A DNA stretch of 35,165 bases from Priapulus caudatus. Taxonomy: Eukaryota. Below are positions 24,877-35,165 of this stretch, in pieces. The stretch lies in contig NW_014577092.1 of assembly GCF_000485595.1 (NCBI RefSeq), positions 560,192-595,356 of the forward strand, read 5' to 3'. The notes under the pieces are model-generated. The model made no database searches and was not told where the DNA came from. It saw only the letters and a program-made list of their open reading frames with translations. Made by a program: the position numbers and the translations under genes. Each line of letters begins with the position of its first letter. The first letter of the stretch is position 1.

Positions 24877-25762
24877 CTGTGGGCCGATGTTCACGAGGGA
24901 TCGGAATGCTTCGGTGCTTACCGGCGCGAACAGCTGTGGTTGCAACTCGCCGCTCACGGTAGCTATACGAGCGTCTTACATCCAAGGCGACATACACCGA
25001 TGCACAGAACAGGACATCGAGCCTCACAGACACGACATCGAAAGCTGCACGGGTGAGTGTACTAGTATTTCTCACTTATATTAGCGGCGGGGGAAAAAAA
25101 GAGGCAGCGGGGACGGCGATGATGCGCGTTCCCGCGCATGCGCAGATGTGATAAAACGTGTTTCTCTTTCATACGTTGGCGATTAATGCTTCGATGCACG
25201 ATGTCATACGCAGCAAGAGAGCTAATACTCGGGCGCTACTTAGTGAGTGCAAGATGCATGTCCGTTTAAACTCTTAAGAAAGCTTGAACAATTAATAAGT
25301 TACGTTAAGTTGATAGCAATTAAGCGCGTTGATCAACAGTAGGCACAATGTACACATGTCTGCTATATGCGCGTGTCAATATGTGTGCTATGTGTATTAT
25401 GTACTCGCACGTTTGCGCGACGTTTCATATATGCGTTCCTCTTTGTGTGCGCATTTCAGAGAAGCTGACAAAGCATTCTACAACGGACACGTCATATTCA
25501 CGCTGAGTAAGTTAATAATGATGCAATCACGCAGGTAGTAATAACGTTCTAGAAGAATCAGAATATGTGCAGGTTCGCTCGTCGGGCGAGCGCACTGCCT
25601 ATACATGCAAGTTATTGCATCATACATGAGATTGCCCCTGGCTACGTAGTTCATTTTGACATGACATCCGCACCGCAAGTATTTGACACACACGCATGCA
25701 CGTACGCATGTAATTACATTCACGCGCCCACTTACATGCACGCAGACTTCCACACATTCTAC

Positions 25763-25799
25763 CAAGAGCGTATTAAGAAGCCTTCTTAATACGCTCTTG
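25763..25799. mobile_element. 37-bp perfect palindrome with a 7-bp flanking duplication (ultra-short TIR element)
   Basis: 18-bp arms caagagcgtattaagaag / cttcttaatacgctcttg with a 1-nt centre. Flanks are attctac (25756-25762) and attttac (25800-25806). Confidence 0.7.
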
Positions 25800-26250
25800 A
25801 TTTTACACACACACAGGCACGCGCATGCACACACGAACGGACACAGGCATGCACTCACGCATGCACGTACACGCACGCACGCACGCACGCACGTACACGC
25901 ACGCACGCACGCACGTACGTATACGTACACGTGTAGCCCTGCTATCAGATCGTGACTCTAACTCGACGGTCAGTGATCGTAGACAATGATGGTCGAAGAC
26001 GTCTTGTACAATACAGACAGGTTTTATTCAACACATATGTCGCGACATACACCCGCACGTCTGTACGCGCTCGCCACACCCAGACCCTCTCTCTCGATCC
26101 TTCTCTCCCCTTTTACACGTATCTACTTATGCCATGCTGTCACGTCTTAGCGGAACCAATACTAGCCAGGCCAGTGTGCTTTATCGCTCTGTATATAATT
26201 CCGCCGCCTGGGTGAACGTGTTTGGACATGTGCCGATGGGTGACTGCTCG

Positions 26251-26314
26251 CTAGTCCGACGGCCCAATAGTCCGAAAGCCCACTAGTCCGAAAGCCCACT
26301 AGTCCGAAAACCCA
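26251..26314. repeat. Four copies of a 16-bp unit CTAGTCCGAAAGCCCA
   Basis: Directly visible tandem array. It is probably the end of a repeat element of unidentified class. Confidence 0.8.
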
Positions 26315-26345
26315 CATAGTGTAATTGCGGGCCGTATCCATTCAA

Positions 26346-29300
26346 TAGTAAACCAAGAAATTGTTAATAGAAGGTTTTTTTATTGATATGTATTCAGATC
26401 CATGTTTGGAAGATTTTTAGCTTTGTTGGCACAGCGCCAACTTTGGGGAAATTTTTTGGGGAGCTAATTTGCATAATTAACGTGGCCAAATAAAAGTTTT
26501 TATCTAATAGGCATAGCATCATATGTGATAGCTCTTTTCTATATAAGTTTCACCCAGCGAATCCATTTCTGATGTTACTTTCGCGATTAATGGTCAGGAT
26601 CAACCTATAAAGTCAAGGTCAAGGTCACTTCGGCTCAAAATTACCCTAATTTCACCTACAACGGTAACTGACTGAAAATTATGTGTTGCTGTGAAGGTGT
26701 ATTGAGTCCCCGTATTGATTGTTGATGATAGTAATGATTATTATCATTGTTGATAAATTAAAATAATGCCTGGACCATATGGGGTCAAGGTTACCATATG
26801 GGGTCAAAATACAACCTTTTAACTAATGGACTAAATCATGTGTGATAACACTTTTCTACACAAGTTTGACTCAAGGAATCCCTTTCTGATGTTATTTCCG
26901 CAGTTAAAGGTCACGTTTAGCCTATAAGGTCAGGGTCAGGATCACTTTTGGTTCAAAATTGACGAAATTCGCTGAATTTCCGTAAACCAAAATTGCCACC
27001 ATAATGATCATTTTCAGGTACAATGTGATAGAGTGTTATCATAGACCACAAGATGAGAGGCACGGGATATCGTTTAGCCAATTTATTCTGTCACAATAGT
27101 CTATCCGATCACAGAGTAACGCATCATGGTCATCCCCCAGGTGCAGAAAGAGGCACGGGAAGTAACGAAATCGAACAACCTCTTCTACGATCTTGGTAAC
27201 TTTACCCATAGCAACATCATTAGCCAGACCAGCCATACTCTACTGCGTCTCGTATTAGCACTTGTGTCAAATAATGAGGTAACTAAGCAGTCCCTCAGCC
27301 TGGCCCAGTCGATCCAAAGTCACATCACTGGCTGCCACAACCAGACCACTTTGGGTCTAGCTGTCAAGATCCATCACATGCACGGAAGCTCAGAATTGAT
27401 AAAAGAATTGTCGCATCACAGCTATGTAACATAATCTGCGTTTCCGTAAAAGCGCTGCAGCATTTGGGCGGACCAACAGTGTGGCGCTACATCAGGCTAT
27501 GGGGCTGGAAAAGAGGGGGGGGTCATATCTGGATGTCATATTTGGATGGATGGACAGCCTCGACCTACACATCTACACCCCCAATGGACAGAGGGACACA
27601 CACGCCATGGCACAGGAATTCCAGCAATCTCATCGATGTGGTATCATAATGAGGGATTGTGCGCGGCCAAGCATATCAACACTGATAATACCCCGTTTTT
27701 GAAAAGCTGCAGCTTTACCCTCGACTCCTGGAGCAGGTGATGCCGGATTGGCTCTATTGCACGACACTGGCAAGAAACAGGGTGCACCCACCTGCTCTCT
27801 CACATGTGACTAGCGGGCCAAGTTTTAAAGAAGTCATTCATACCCAGGAAAGCCTGCATCGTGCCCAGGAGAAGGATGAGCAGTGGTTGTTTAACGTGTT
27901 GGGTAAAGAAGGTGCCACTGATGCGGACCTGATGGCAGTTGGGCAGCAATTCTTTGCAGCATTGTATGGACAACCTGCAGGCACCTCCATGACTCATGCT
28001 CGCTACAATCTATACACCCGTAAACGTGGGAAACCACTGCGCATCATGTCACTGCCGCCAACAGACAGAAATCTCTACCACCATGTGCGTCGTGCCCACC
28101 CTTTGGAAGGCTGCCGAACATCAGGGTCTTCCAGATGTCTCCATCTCAGAGTATGGTTGGGAAATAAAGGGTGGGATACCTTGTCCTTGCATTGATAGTG
28201 GCACACTGGGACCACCGTTTCTAATGAATGTGATCTGCTGATGCTGTCGAGCAATGGGGTGGCATGCAAAGAAGCTAAATGTAGCTGTCAGCGTGAAAAA
28301 CTCAGCTGCACAAACTACTGCCTCTGCACAGCCGGTGAAGCGTGCTGCAACCCATTCACCAAGAAAGAGGCGGATGATAAGGATTAAGGATGATGAGCAT
28401 GAGTATGATTATGAATATCGGAGTGAGGATCAAGAAGACGACGAGCTGGAGGGTTGATTTTCAGAACAAGAACATCTGTGTTCAAATCACGCACAAAATT
28501 TATGTGTGCAATAGTCATGTTTCTTGATGTTTAAATATCTATTAGTCATTTGATTTCGTCTTAAATATATTTAATTGCAAAACTTGTTCACAAATGTTGG
28601 TTGCTTTACTGACTGTCATGTTCATAAGGCAGTAAATGTATAGGGTGGAGTATATTTCACTTAAAAATACGTGTTTAAAATGAATAAATAAACAATAATT
28701 ATTGTGAATGTTATAAATCTTGATAAATTTTAGTGATTTTACCTTGACCTCTAATGCAAGACCGTGATCCCATATGGCCCATACATTATTAGAACTTATT
28801 AAAAATAACAATAATAACTACTTTGCAACATTACCATTATCTACAATTAATATTGGGACAGTAATTCCGATGGTGGCAATTTTGGTTTACGGAAATTCAG
28901 CAAATTTCGTCAATTTTGAACCAAAGTGATCCTGACCTTGACCTTATAGTTTAAAACGTGACCTTTAACTGCGGCAAAAAAACATCAGAAATGGATTCCT
29001 GAGTCAAACTTTGTGTAGAAAAGTGTTATCGACACATGACTTCTAGTCCATTAGTATATAAAGTTGCATTTTGACCCAATAATGGCCATATGGTAACCTT
29101 CACCCCATATGTGCGCAGGCATTATTTTTAATTTATGCAACATGATAAGTAATGCATTACTATCATCAACAGATCAAATACGGGACTGCAATACACCTTA
29201 AACAGCAACCGCATAATTTTCAAGTCAGTTACCCGTTTAAGTAAAATACCGGTAATTTTGGAGCCGACAGTGACTCTGACCTTCTGGACTTTATCAGGTG

Positions 29301-29569
29301 ATCCCTGACCTTTTAATCGCGACAGGTGACATCAGAAATGGAATCACTGGGACAAGCCGCCATAAACGAAAATGAGTGCTATCACACCGGCATGATTCTA
29401 GAGGCCTATTAGTTACAAAAGTTGTATTATCACCATTAGTATTTACGACAAATTAGGCTAAAATTGAAAAATGTTTCCCCAACCAGTTTAGCGTTGTGTC
29501 AACAAAGCTAAAAATCCTTCCAGACACGCTGGAGAGAATTCTAAACTATACAAATTTCTTGTTTGCCTA
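26346..29569 (+). mobile_element. Academ DNA transposon, internally deleted and non-autonomous
   Basis: TAG...CTA ends, long TIRs (26346-27002 / 28870-29569) with internal sub-repeats of about 125 bp, and internal transposase remnants. No clean TSD, and the right end is noisy. Confidence 0.82.
27126..28457 (+). pseudogene. Disrupted Academ-type transposase with C-terminal Cys-rich domain
   Basis: Frameshifted segments LGLAVKIHHMHGSSELI..L, LRFRKSAA, WMDSLDLHIYTPNGQRDTHAMA, F.ALYG..ARYNLY..LPPTDRNLYHHVRRAH, LWK..YGW, CKEAKCSCQREKLSCTNYCLC..CCNPF and an acidic tail. Multiple stops and large deletions. Confidence 0.8.
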
Positions 29570-30442
29570 TTCTGGGCAACTGCGACTAACAGGGGAATGG
29601 GTACGATTATAGTCTGGAATGGTCTTAAAGTTAATTATATTATTTATTTTTTAACTTAATTAAATTAATTATTAATCGTATAATTTCAAATTTTACTTTT
29701 ATTTTAATGTTGTTAATCTTTACTTAATTTTTAATTTTAAATTTAACGTGATTGCGGCCATGATACCGAGGCTCGCCGAGGATTGACACTGTGTCTTACC
29801 AATCACACGTCTACGCCGCCCCCCTTATCTCTAACTTTTAGTACCAAGTACTATTCGAGCATGGCAATGCGCGGGATCTCAGAACTAGGGCATTCTGCTA
29901 GGCTAGAACGGTTTCTAGCGATAGGAGTTTGGCATGCAAAAAACGAAAAAATAAACGTCGTTTAGCGCAAACTACGACTCGCTACTGATTTTCGTTGGGC
30001 ATTTTGGCATCTCTGTAATAAGCCTATACCAAGCCGCCGTCCTTCTTCGTTGATGGGCATGAATGCGGCGCGTCAACCGATCGTAACACGCGTTTACTCG
30101 CGTGTAGTGTGTCGGCGAGACTGTTTGCTTTTCGTATATAATGAAGAGGGGGGTAAGGGGGGTAACTGTTCGACAGTTCACAGTGAAAATAAACTGCTTT
30201 TCCTCCATTCAGCAGTTGAAGTAAATCGCGCTCTGTCAACAAGATCAGCGTAGGGATGGCCGGCGCAGAGGGATCAATCCCAGTTTAAACAGCTCAAAAT
30301 TTCAAAGGACTACAGTAAGATACAGGTCCTAGAAGTATACAAGTGTACTTCTTGACTCAACAACACATCTGAAAACATCATAAAATATGGCTTGCCGCAG
30401 TAGTCATGCTTATACCATGTTTGTGGTATGTGTGTGTGTGTG

Positions 30443-31394
30443 CAGTGGCGTACAGCAGTATTTTTCGAAAAGGGGGGTGTTAAGGGAGCACGCGAAGGGG
30501 GGTCTGGGGGGCTCTCCCCCACAATTTTTTTTCCGAATTATCGCAGCCGCCCTCAAGACTGCGCGGTTTTCTGCGCGAGCAAAAGGGTCCCGGACCCCGG
30601 ATCCCCACGCCCTCCTGTACACGATCTGGAAACTGTAGACTACTGATACCCGTGGTGCGCTTGCACTGACGGGTGGGGTCCCGGGGTATGAGGGTTCATG
30701 ATTCATTCAAGCGCGTACGCAAAATGATTTTTAGCGCAATCTTGTGTGGTACGCATCGACTTACGTGGGTTGCTTAGTTCGATTTATCAACAAGGCAGTT
30801 ATTTAGTCAATTTGCGTCACGATTTTCGCCGTACGCAAGCGAGGCCATTTTTAGGTGCGATTCCATTCAAGCAATCTTATGTAAACGGCTTTGCGAAGGG
30901 AGTGTGTAATGTGTCCAAGAGAAGAGAAGCAGAGAGAGGGTGTGCGTGCGTGTGGTGGTGTGTCAGGAACGAGAAGGAGAGGGAGTTGTGCGTGTTTGTG
31001 TTTGTGTATGGTAGAGGAGATGAGAGATGAGAGAGAGGAGAGAGAGAGAGAGAAGAGAGAGGAGAGAGAGAAGAGAGCGCGCGCGAGCGGAGCGAGAGCG
31101 AGAGAGAGAGAGAGAGAGAAGAGAGAGCGAGAGAGAGAAGAGAGCGAGAGAGAGAGATATAGCGCACGCGCGAGCGAAAGCGAGAATGCGAGAAGAGATA
31201 GGATAGGAGAGAGAGAGAAGAGAGAGAGAGCGCAAGCGAGAGAGAGAGAGAGACGAGAGAAAGAGGAGAGAGAGAGAGAGAGCGCGAGAGAAACAGAGAG
31301 GTGTGTGTGCTCGCGCGGGCGGTGTGTGTGAGAGAGAAGAGAGAGAGCAGAGCTGTGGCGTGATTGTGCTGTGCTGTGCTGTGCTGTGGCTGTG

Positions 31395-31425
<31 letters not shown>

Positions 31426-32845
31426 TGTGTGGCGTCGACGTGTGTGCCGTGCGTGGCGTGCGTGCGTAGACGTGCGTGCCGTGCGTAAGCGTGCGTGGTG
31501 TGCGTGGCGTGAAGAGAGAGAGAGGAGGTGTGCGTGTTGTGTTGTGTTGTGTTTGTCTTTAGTGAAATCAAATAATTTATCCTGATTACTAAGTACACCT
31601 AACCGGAACAAGTCGACAAACGTGCAATAGGCCTACACCTAGCTATTGATAAAAAGCTGCTTTGATAGCTGAGAGTAATGCAAAGTAAAGGATCGGTAAA
31701 GCAATTTCTGAAATGCTCACGATGTAAACGTACTCAAGTCTAGAACAATAATATGTGTTTGTCCCGTGGGCAAATCCTAATAGCTGCCCAATACTACGAA
31801 TCTGGCCGACTTGTGTGGCAGCCCTGTCATGTGAACTGTAGCACATAAAACCACGCTGATGAAACCTGTCTGGTAAATCGGGGATCCTCTTACCTCTTCT
31901 TCTCCTACTTTCTTTTTTTTCTCTCAATTTCTGAATGCTTTAGGGGAATATTTGTACAGAGCCATCGCCCGGCTTCGCTTCAAGAGGGCAGGGGGAATGG
32001 CATCCCCCAATCCCCGCGGAGGAGATTTAACGCCGCAAAAGTGTTTAAGTGACATGCGGAGCGCTGCCATAGCGCAACGCGCATAGCGCGCGCTTGCACG
32101 AGCGGGGACGCGGGGTGGCTCGAGTTTGAAAAGAAAAAGGGGTGAAAAAATAAGACCTAAAAAAATAAACCGCATTCCTTGCAGCATGTTTCTGATATTA
32201 TATATATTTTACTTGTTGTTTGTTTCATTAAAAACCTCATTTATGATTGGGCAGAAGAAAAATTTGTCATCATAACCATTCCTTGGATACACAGCCATTT
32301 ATGGCTAATAAGGCCGACCCAAAAAATACCTTTTGGTTCGGCGTCACGACCCCCGCTCTCACATTTCGGAGTGAAAATGTGCGACCTTGCGGTCACTTTA
32401 GAAACTTTTCAAAAAAAAAAATTTTATATATCCGACTCTTGTCATTTTACTTACCTAAAAGAGAGTCCAAAATATTGTTTTAATGATGAAAAAGATGCAC
32501 AGAAAAGCGTATCGTCAAACGCAGTTTCATGCAATGTTTAGAATACCGTCTAGGAATGGTAGGAAGTAGAGGACTATACTTTTGAGCTACGCGATTGGCT
32601 GGACTGCTTTACAAATACTAACCGTAATAAACAAGATAATACCGGGGGCCTTCCATCATAATAGGCCTTCTGTTCTCATCTCCTCAGTCTTTCCCTCTTT
32701 CTCTCCTCCTCTCTCTCCTCTCAGCACACGACTCTCCTCTCTCCACCTTTTCTCACTTCTTTTTTTCTTTTTTTAAGTTTTGTTTGGGAGCAGAGGCAAG
32801 GGGGTGTTTAACACACCAAACACCCCCCCCTGCTACGCCACTCTG
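30443..32845. mobile_element. hAT-like non-autonomous element inserted in a (TG)n tract
   Basis: Ends are cagtggcgta(ca)gcag / ctgctacgccact(ct)g. (TG)n on both sides is compatible with an 8-bp TSD. It contains a GA/TG microsatellite block at about 30970-31560 and no transposase. Confidence 0.7.
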
Positions 32846-33111
32846 TTGTGTGTGTGTGTGAGTGAACGGTGTAATATATGATATATACTAACTATTATAT
32901 ATATATATATATATATAGTTTTCCATTATGTTCTTCTGCAGCTAGGGGGTCCGGGGCAATGCCCTCGCGGGAATTTAAAAAAAAAATTAGCCTATATTGG
33001 TGCAATTCTGGTGAATTTGAGGCCATGTGACCCGGTTCTGGAAACCGGTGCAAAACCGGCCTAAATTCCGAGCGCCTGACATGGCATTGATTCACGAGGA
33101 AAGAGACCTCT

Positions 33112-33262
33112 TATTCACAGTTCACAGACTAAATAAAAGCTAAATCACGCTTCACGCAAGGTGGTCCATTCACAGTTCACAGACAAAATAAATTGCAATT
33201 CACAGTTCACGAGGTATAAAAACGGCCGATCACGTTTCACGAAAATACCCTTACCCACCCTC
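33112..33262. mobile_element. Orphan right end of a DNA transposon (Sola-like ...CCCTC end) with periodic TCACRNTTCAC motifs
   Basis: Five ttcacagttcac-like motifs at roughly 25-35 bp spacing end in taccccttacccaccctc-like sequence. No partner end was found. Confidence 0.4.
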
Positions 33263-33589
33263 AATGAAATGCCCGGCCAATGCATTTCGCATCGAACAAG
33301 AAAATTTTCTGCATTTTCACTCGCTGTCGGAAGTGAACGAGTGCGTCATTCATTAATTGAACAATTCAATAAAACACACACAATGTTCGAAGCACGTGGC
33401 TAATGTTTACATGCCACAGCGCCATCTCTTGGATGTTTTATACGTAAATATGGGGATTTTCAATAAAATAATGCGTTTTTAAATGTATTTACCACGATTT
33501 ACGTATAGAAACTATATGTTATTTTTACTGATTTCTCCGTATCTTTCCTTGAAGTTTTCATCGTCTTTCAATGCCTTTTGATAGGTTTT

Positions 33590-34072
33590 CTGCGTGATTA
33601 TTATTTTGCGCAGGCACTCATTTTGGAAATCCTCCAACATTTTTACTTCTTCCTTAGTAAAGTTAGTCCATGTTTCACTGTTATTTAGGAAGGAAGGTAA
33701 AACTGTGCATTCATATAAGTTCACTCTTACTTCTATAGTATGATTTCCATAATTTTGCTCTTCTGCCCATGATCATATTTCCATCATCATAAACCTACAT
33801 TTTTCAGTTCGGACTCTTATCATATCGTTATAACCTCCTATATCAATAATTAAATTCCCCAAGTATAAATATTTGGTGCATTTTTTTATTACTTGGTTGC
33901 CTATTAATATATCCTTCTCTATCCTTTCTTTGTTTGTGAATTTTATAACCATTGTATTTGTTTTGTTCATATTAAATTCTTATCTTTTTGATTCAGCTAA
34001 TCTGGAGCATGACTGAGCGATTTTTGTTACTGTTTTATAATCTCCAATTCCTAGAATATCGTTCATATATAA
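33590..34072 (-). mobile_element. Non-LTR retrotransposon reverse-transcriptase C-terminal fragment (RTE-like), disabled
   Basis: One frame with stops: LYMNDI (degenerate YxDD)...FNMNKT..M...KYLYLG...IRVR...LYECTVLPSFLNNSETW...LEDFQNECLRKI. Confidence 0.82.
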
Positions 34073-34723
34073 TCATTGTCATCTTCTAAAACTACAGACC
34101 ATCCGCTGACCGCTGTGGAGACGTGCGCCGGGCCTCGAATTTGGCGCACGTCTCCACTGCGGACAGCGCTTCATACTTCATATCATACGTTTCATCCGCG
34201 CGCAGCGCTTAGAATCAACAGCAAAGCTGTGCCACGCAATCTTGTATTATGTCTCTCTAGACATATTCGTAAACATCCGTAAACATTTTCAACCAATGAT
34301 ATCGTTGTTGTATTCTACTCAACGTTTTAGAAAATCCTAAATGTCCGGAGTAAACATGGTCGTGAAAAAGTTATATAGTTATAGGTGGAGAAAAGTGCTT
34401 TAATATTTCGCTAAGTAATACGCTCGTACCTTTCAAAGCTAGTTTAATACGAAATCTATCTATGCCGACACAAGAATTTGTTTCACTCACCCGCCTCGAA
34501 CAAAGGCTACTCTACAGTACGTATCTACAAGGCGTACGTACGCGCGTACATGCACATGCACAAACGTACGTCGATGCACAACCGCCCATTAGTTGACGCA
34601 CACGCGCGCGGCCAGCGAAATTGTTTTTCCCACTCGAGTTCCGGACCCACCATAGATAGTGTTTTGTAATATATGGTTCGTATATATATGGTTGGATTAT
34701 AGTTAGTGTTAGGGTTCGCGTAC

Positions 34724-34768
34724 GGGTTAGGGTTAGGGTTAGGGTTAGGGTTAGGGTTAGGGTTAGGG
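34724..34768 (+). repeat. Interstitial (TTAGGG)7 tract
   Basis: Seven perfect units at 34727-34768, with degenerate units upstream. Confidence 0.9.
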
Positions 34769-35105
34769 TGTATTCATTTTACATTGTTGCTTCGAGGAAG
34801 TCGAGTGAATGGAGTACGCTGATTGGCTGTGGTCAGGAACTCAAATGGGAAAAACAATTTCGCGCACGGCCAGGCGGACCGCACAGATGCATGACTCATG
34901 AGCACGTGCACACGTGCACCGAACCCATGTTACAACAAATATCTGAGTGCTAACTTCCAAAGCCCTGCAGAGATTGTGCACGGCCATCCTCTCCGACGTC
35001 AACAGCATACGTGCAAAATCACATGCTGAATTCCGCTCACCGGTAGTAGCAACCTTGCGTAATTTACGGGAATGCGGATCTAACAACTATACAAAAGCGG
35101 TGATT

Positions 35106-35108
<3 letters not shown>

Positions 35109-35165
<57 letters not shown>
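35109..35165. repeat. (GA)n microsatellite running to the window end
   Basis: Directly visible. Confidence 0.95.

Noticed and set aside
34724..34768. True chromosome end
   Set aside because: There are only seven units and unique sequence continues beyond them.

Overview
Repeat-rich genomic DNA from an invertebrate animal, with two assembly gaps, many microsatellites, abundant CpG and a short (TTAGGG)7 tract. It is not prokaryotic, and there is no CRISPR, rRNA or tRNA. The one convincing host gene is an intronless, minus-strand bursicon-alpha cystine-knot neurohormone gene (23964-24449) with a TATA/CCAAT promoter that may be bidirectional. Most other recognisable sequence is DNA-transposon or LINE debris: a Harbinger element with TTA target duplications (6634-7706), an internally deleted Academ element with about 650-700 bp TIRs (26346-29569), a hAT-like element (30443-32845) partly duplicated at 22.2-23.4 kb, and RT fragments. 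The most unusual object is a 1.8 kb TAG...CTA TIR-bounded element (19728-21530). It carries convergent fragments of a His-Me finger endonuclease and a Kolobok/Mutator-like DDD/E transposase, i.e. KolobokP-type cargo inside Academ-type ends. Sequence from about 28.9 to 32.85 kb shows insertion-biased noise typical of unpolished long reads. All family assignments come from motif recognition by eye; no searches were run.
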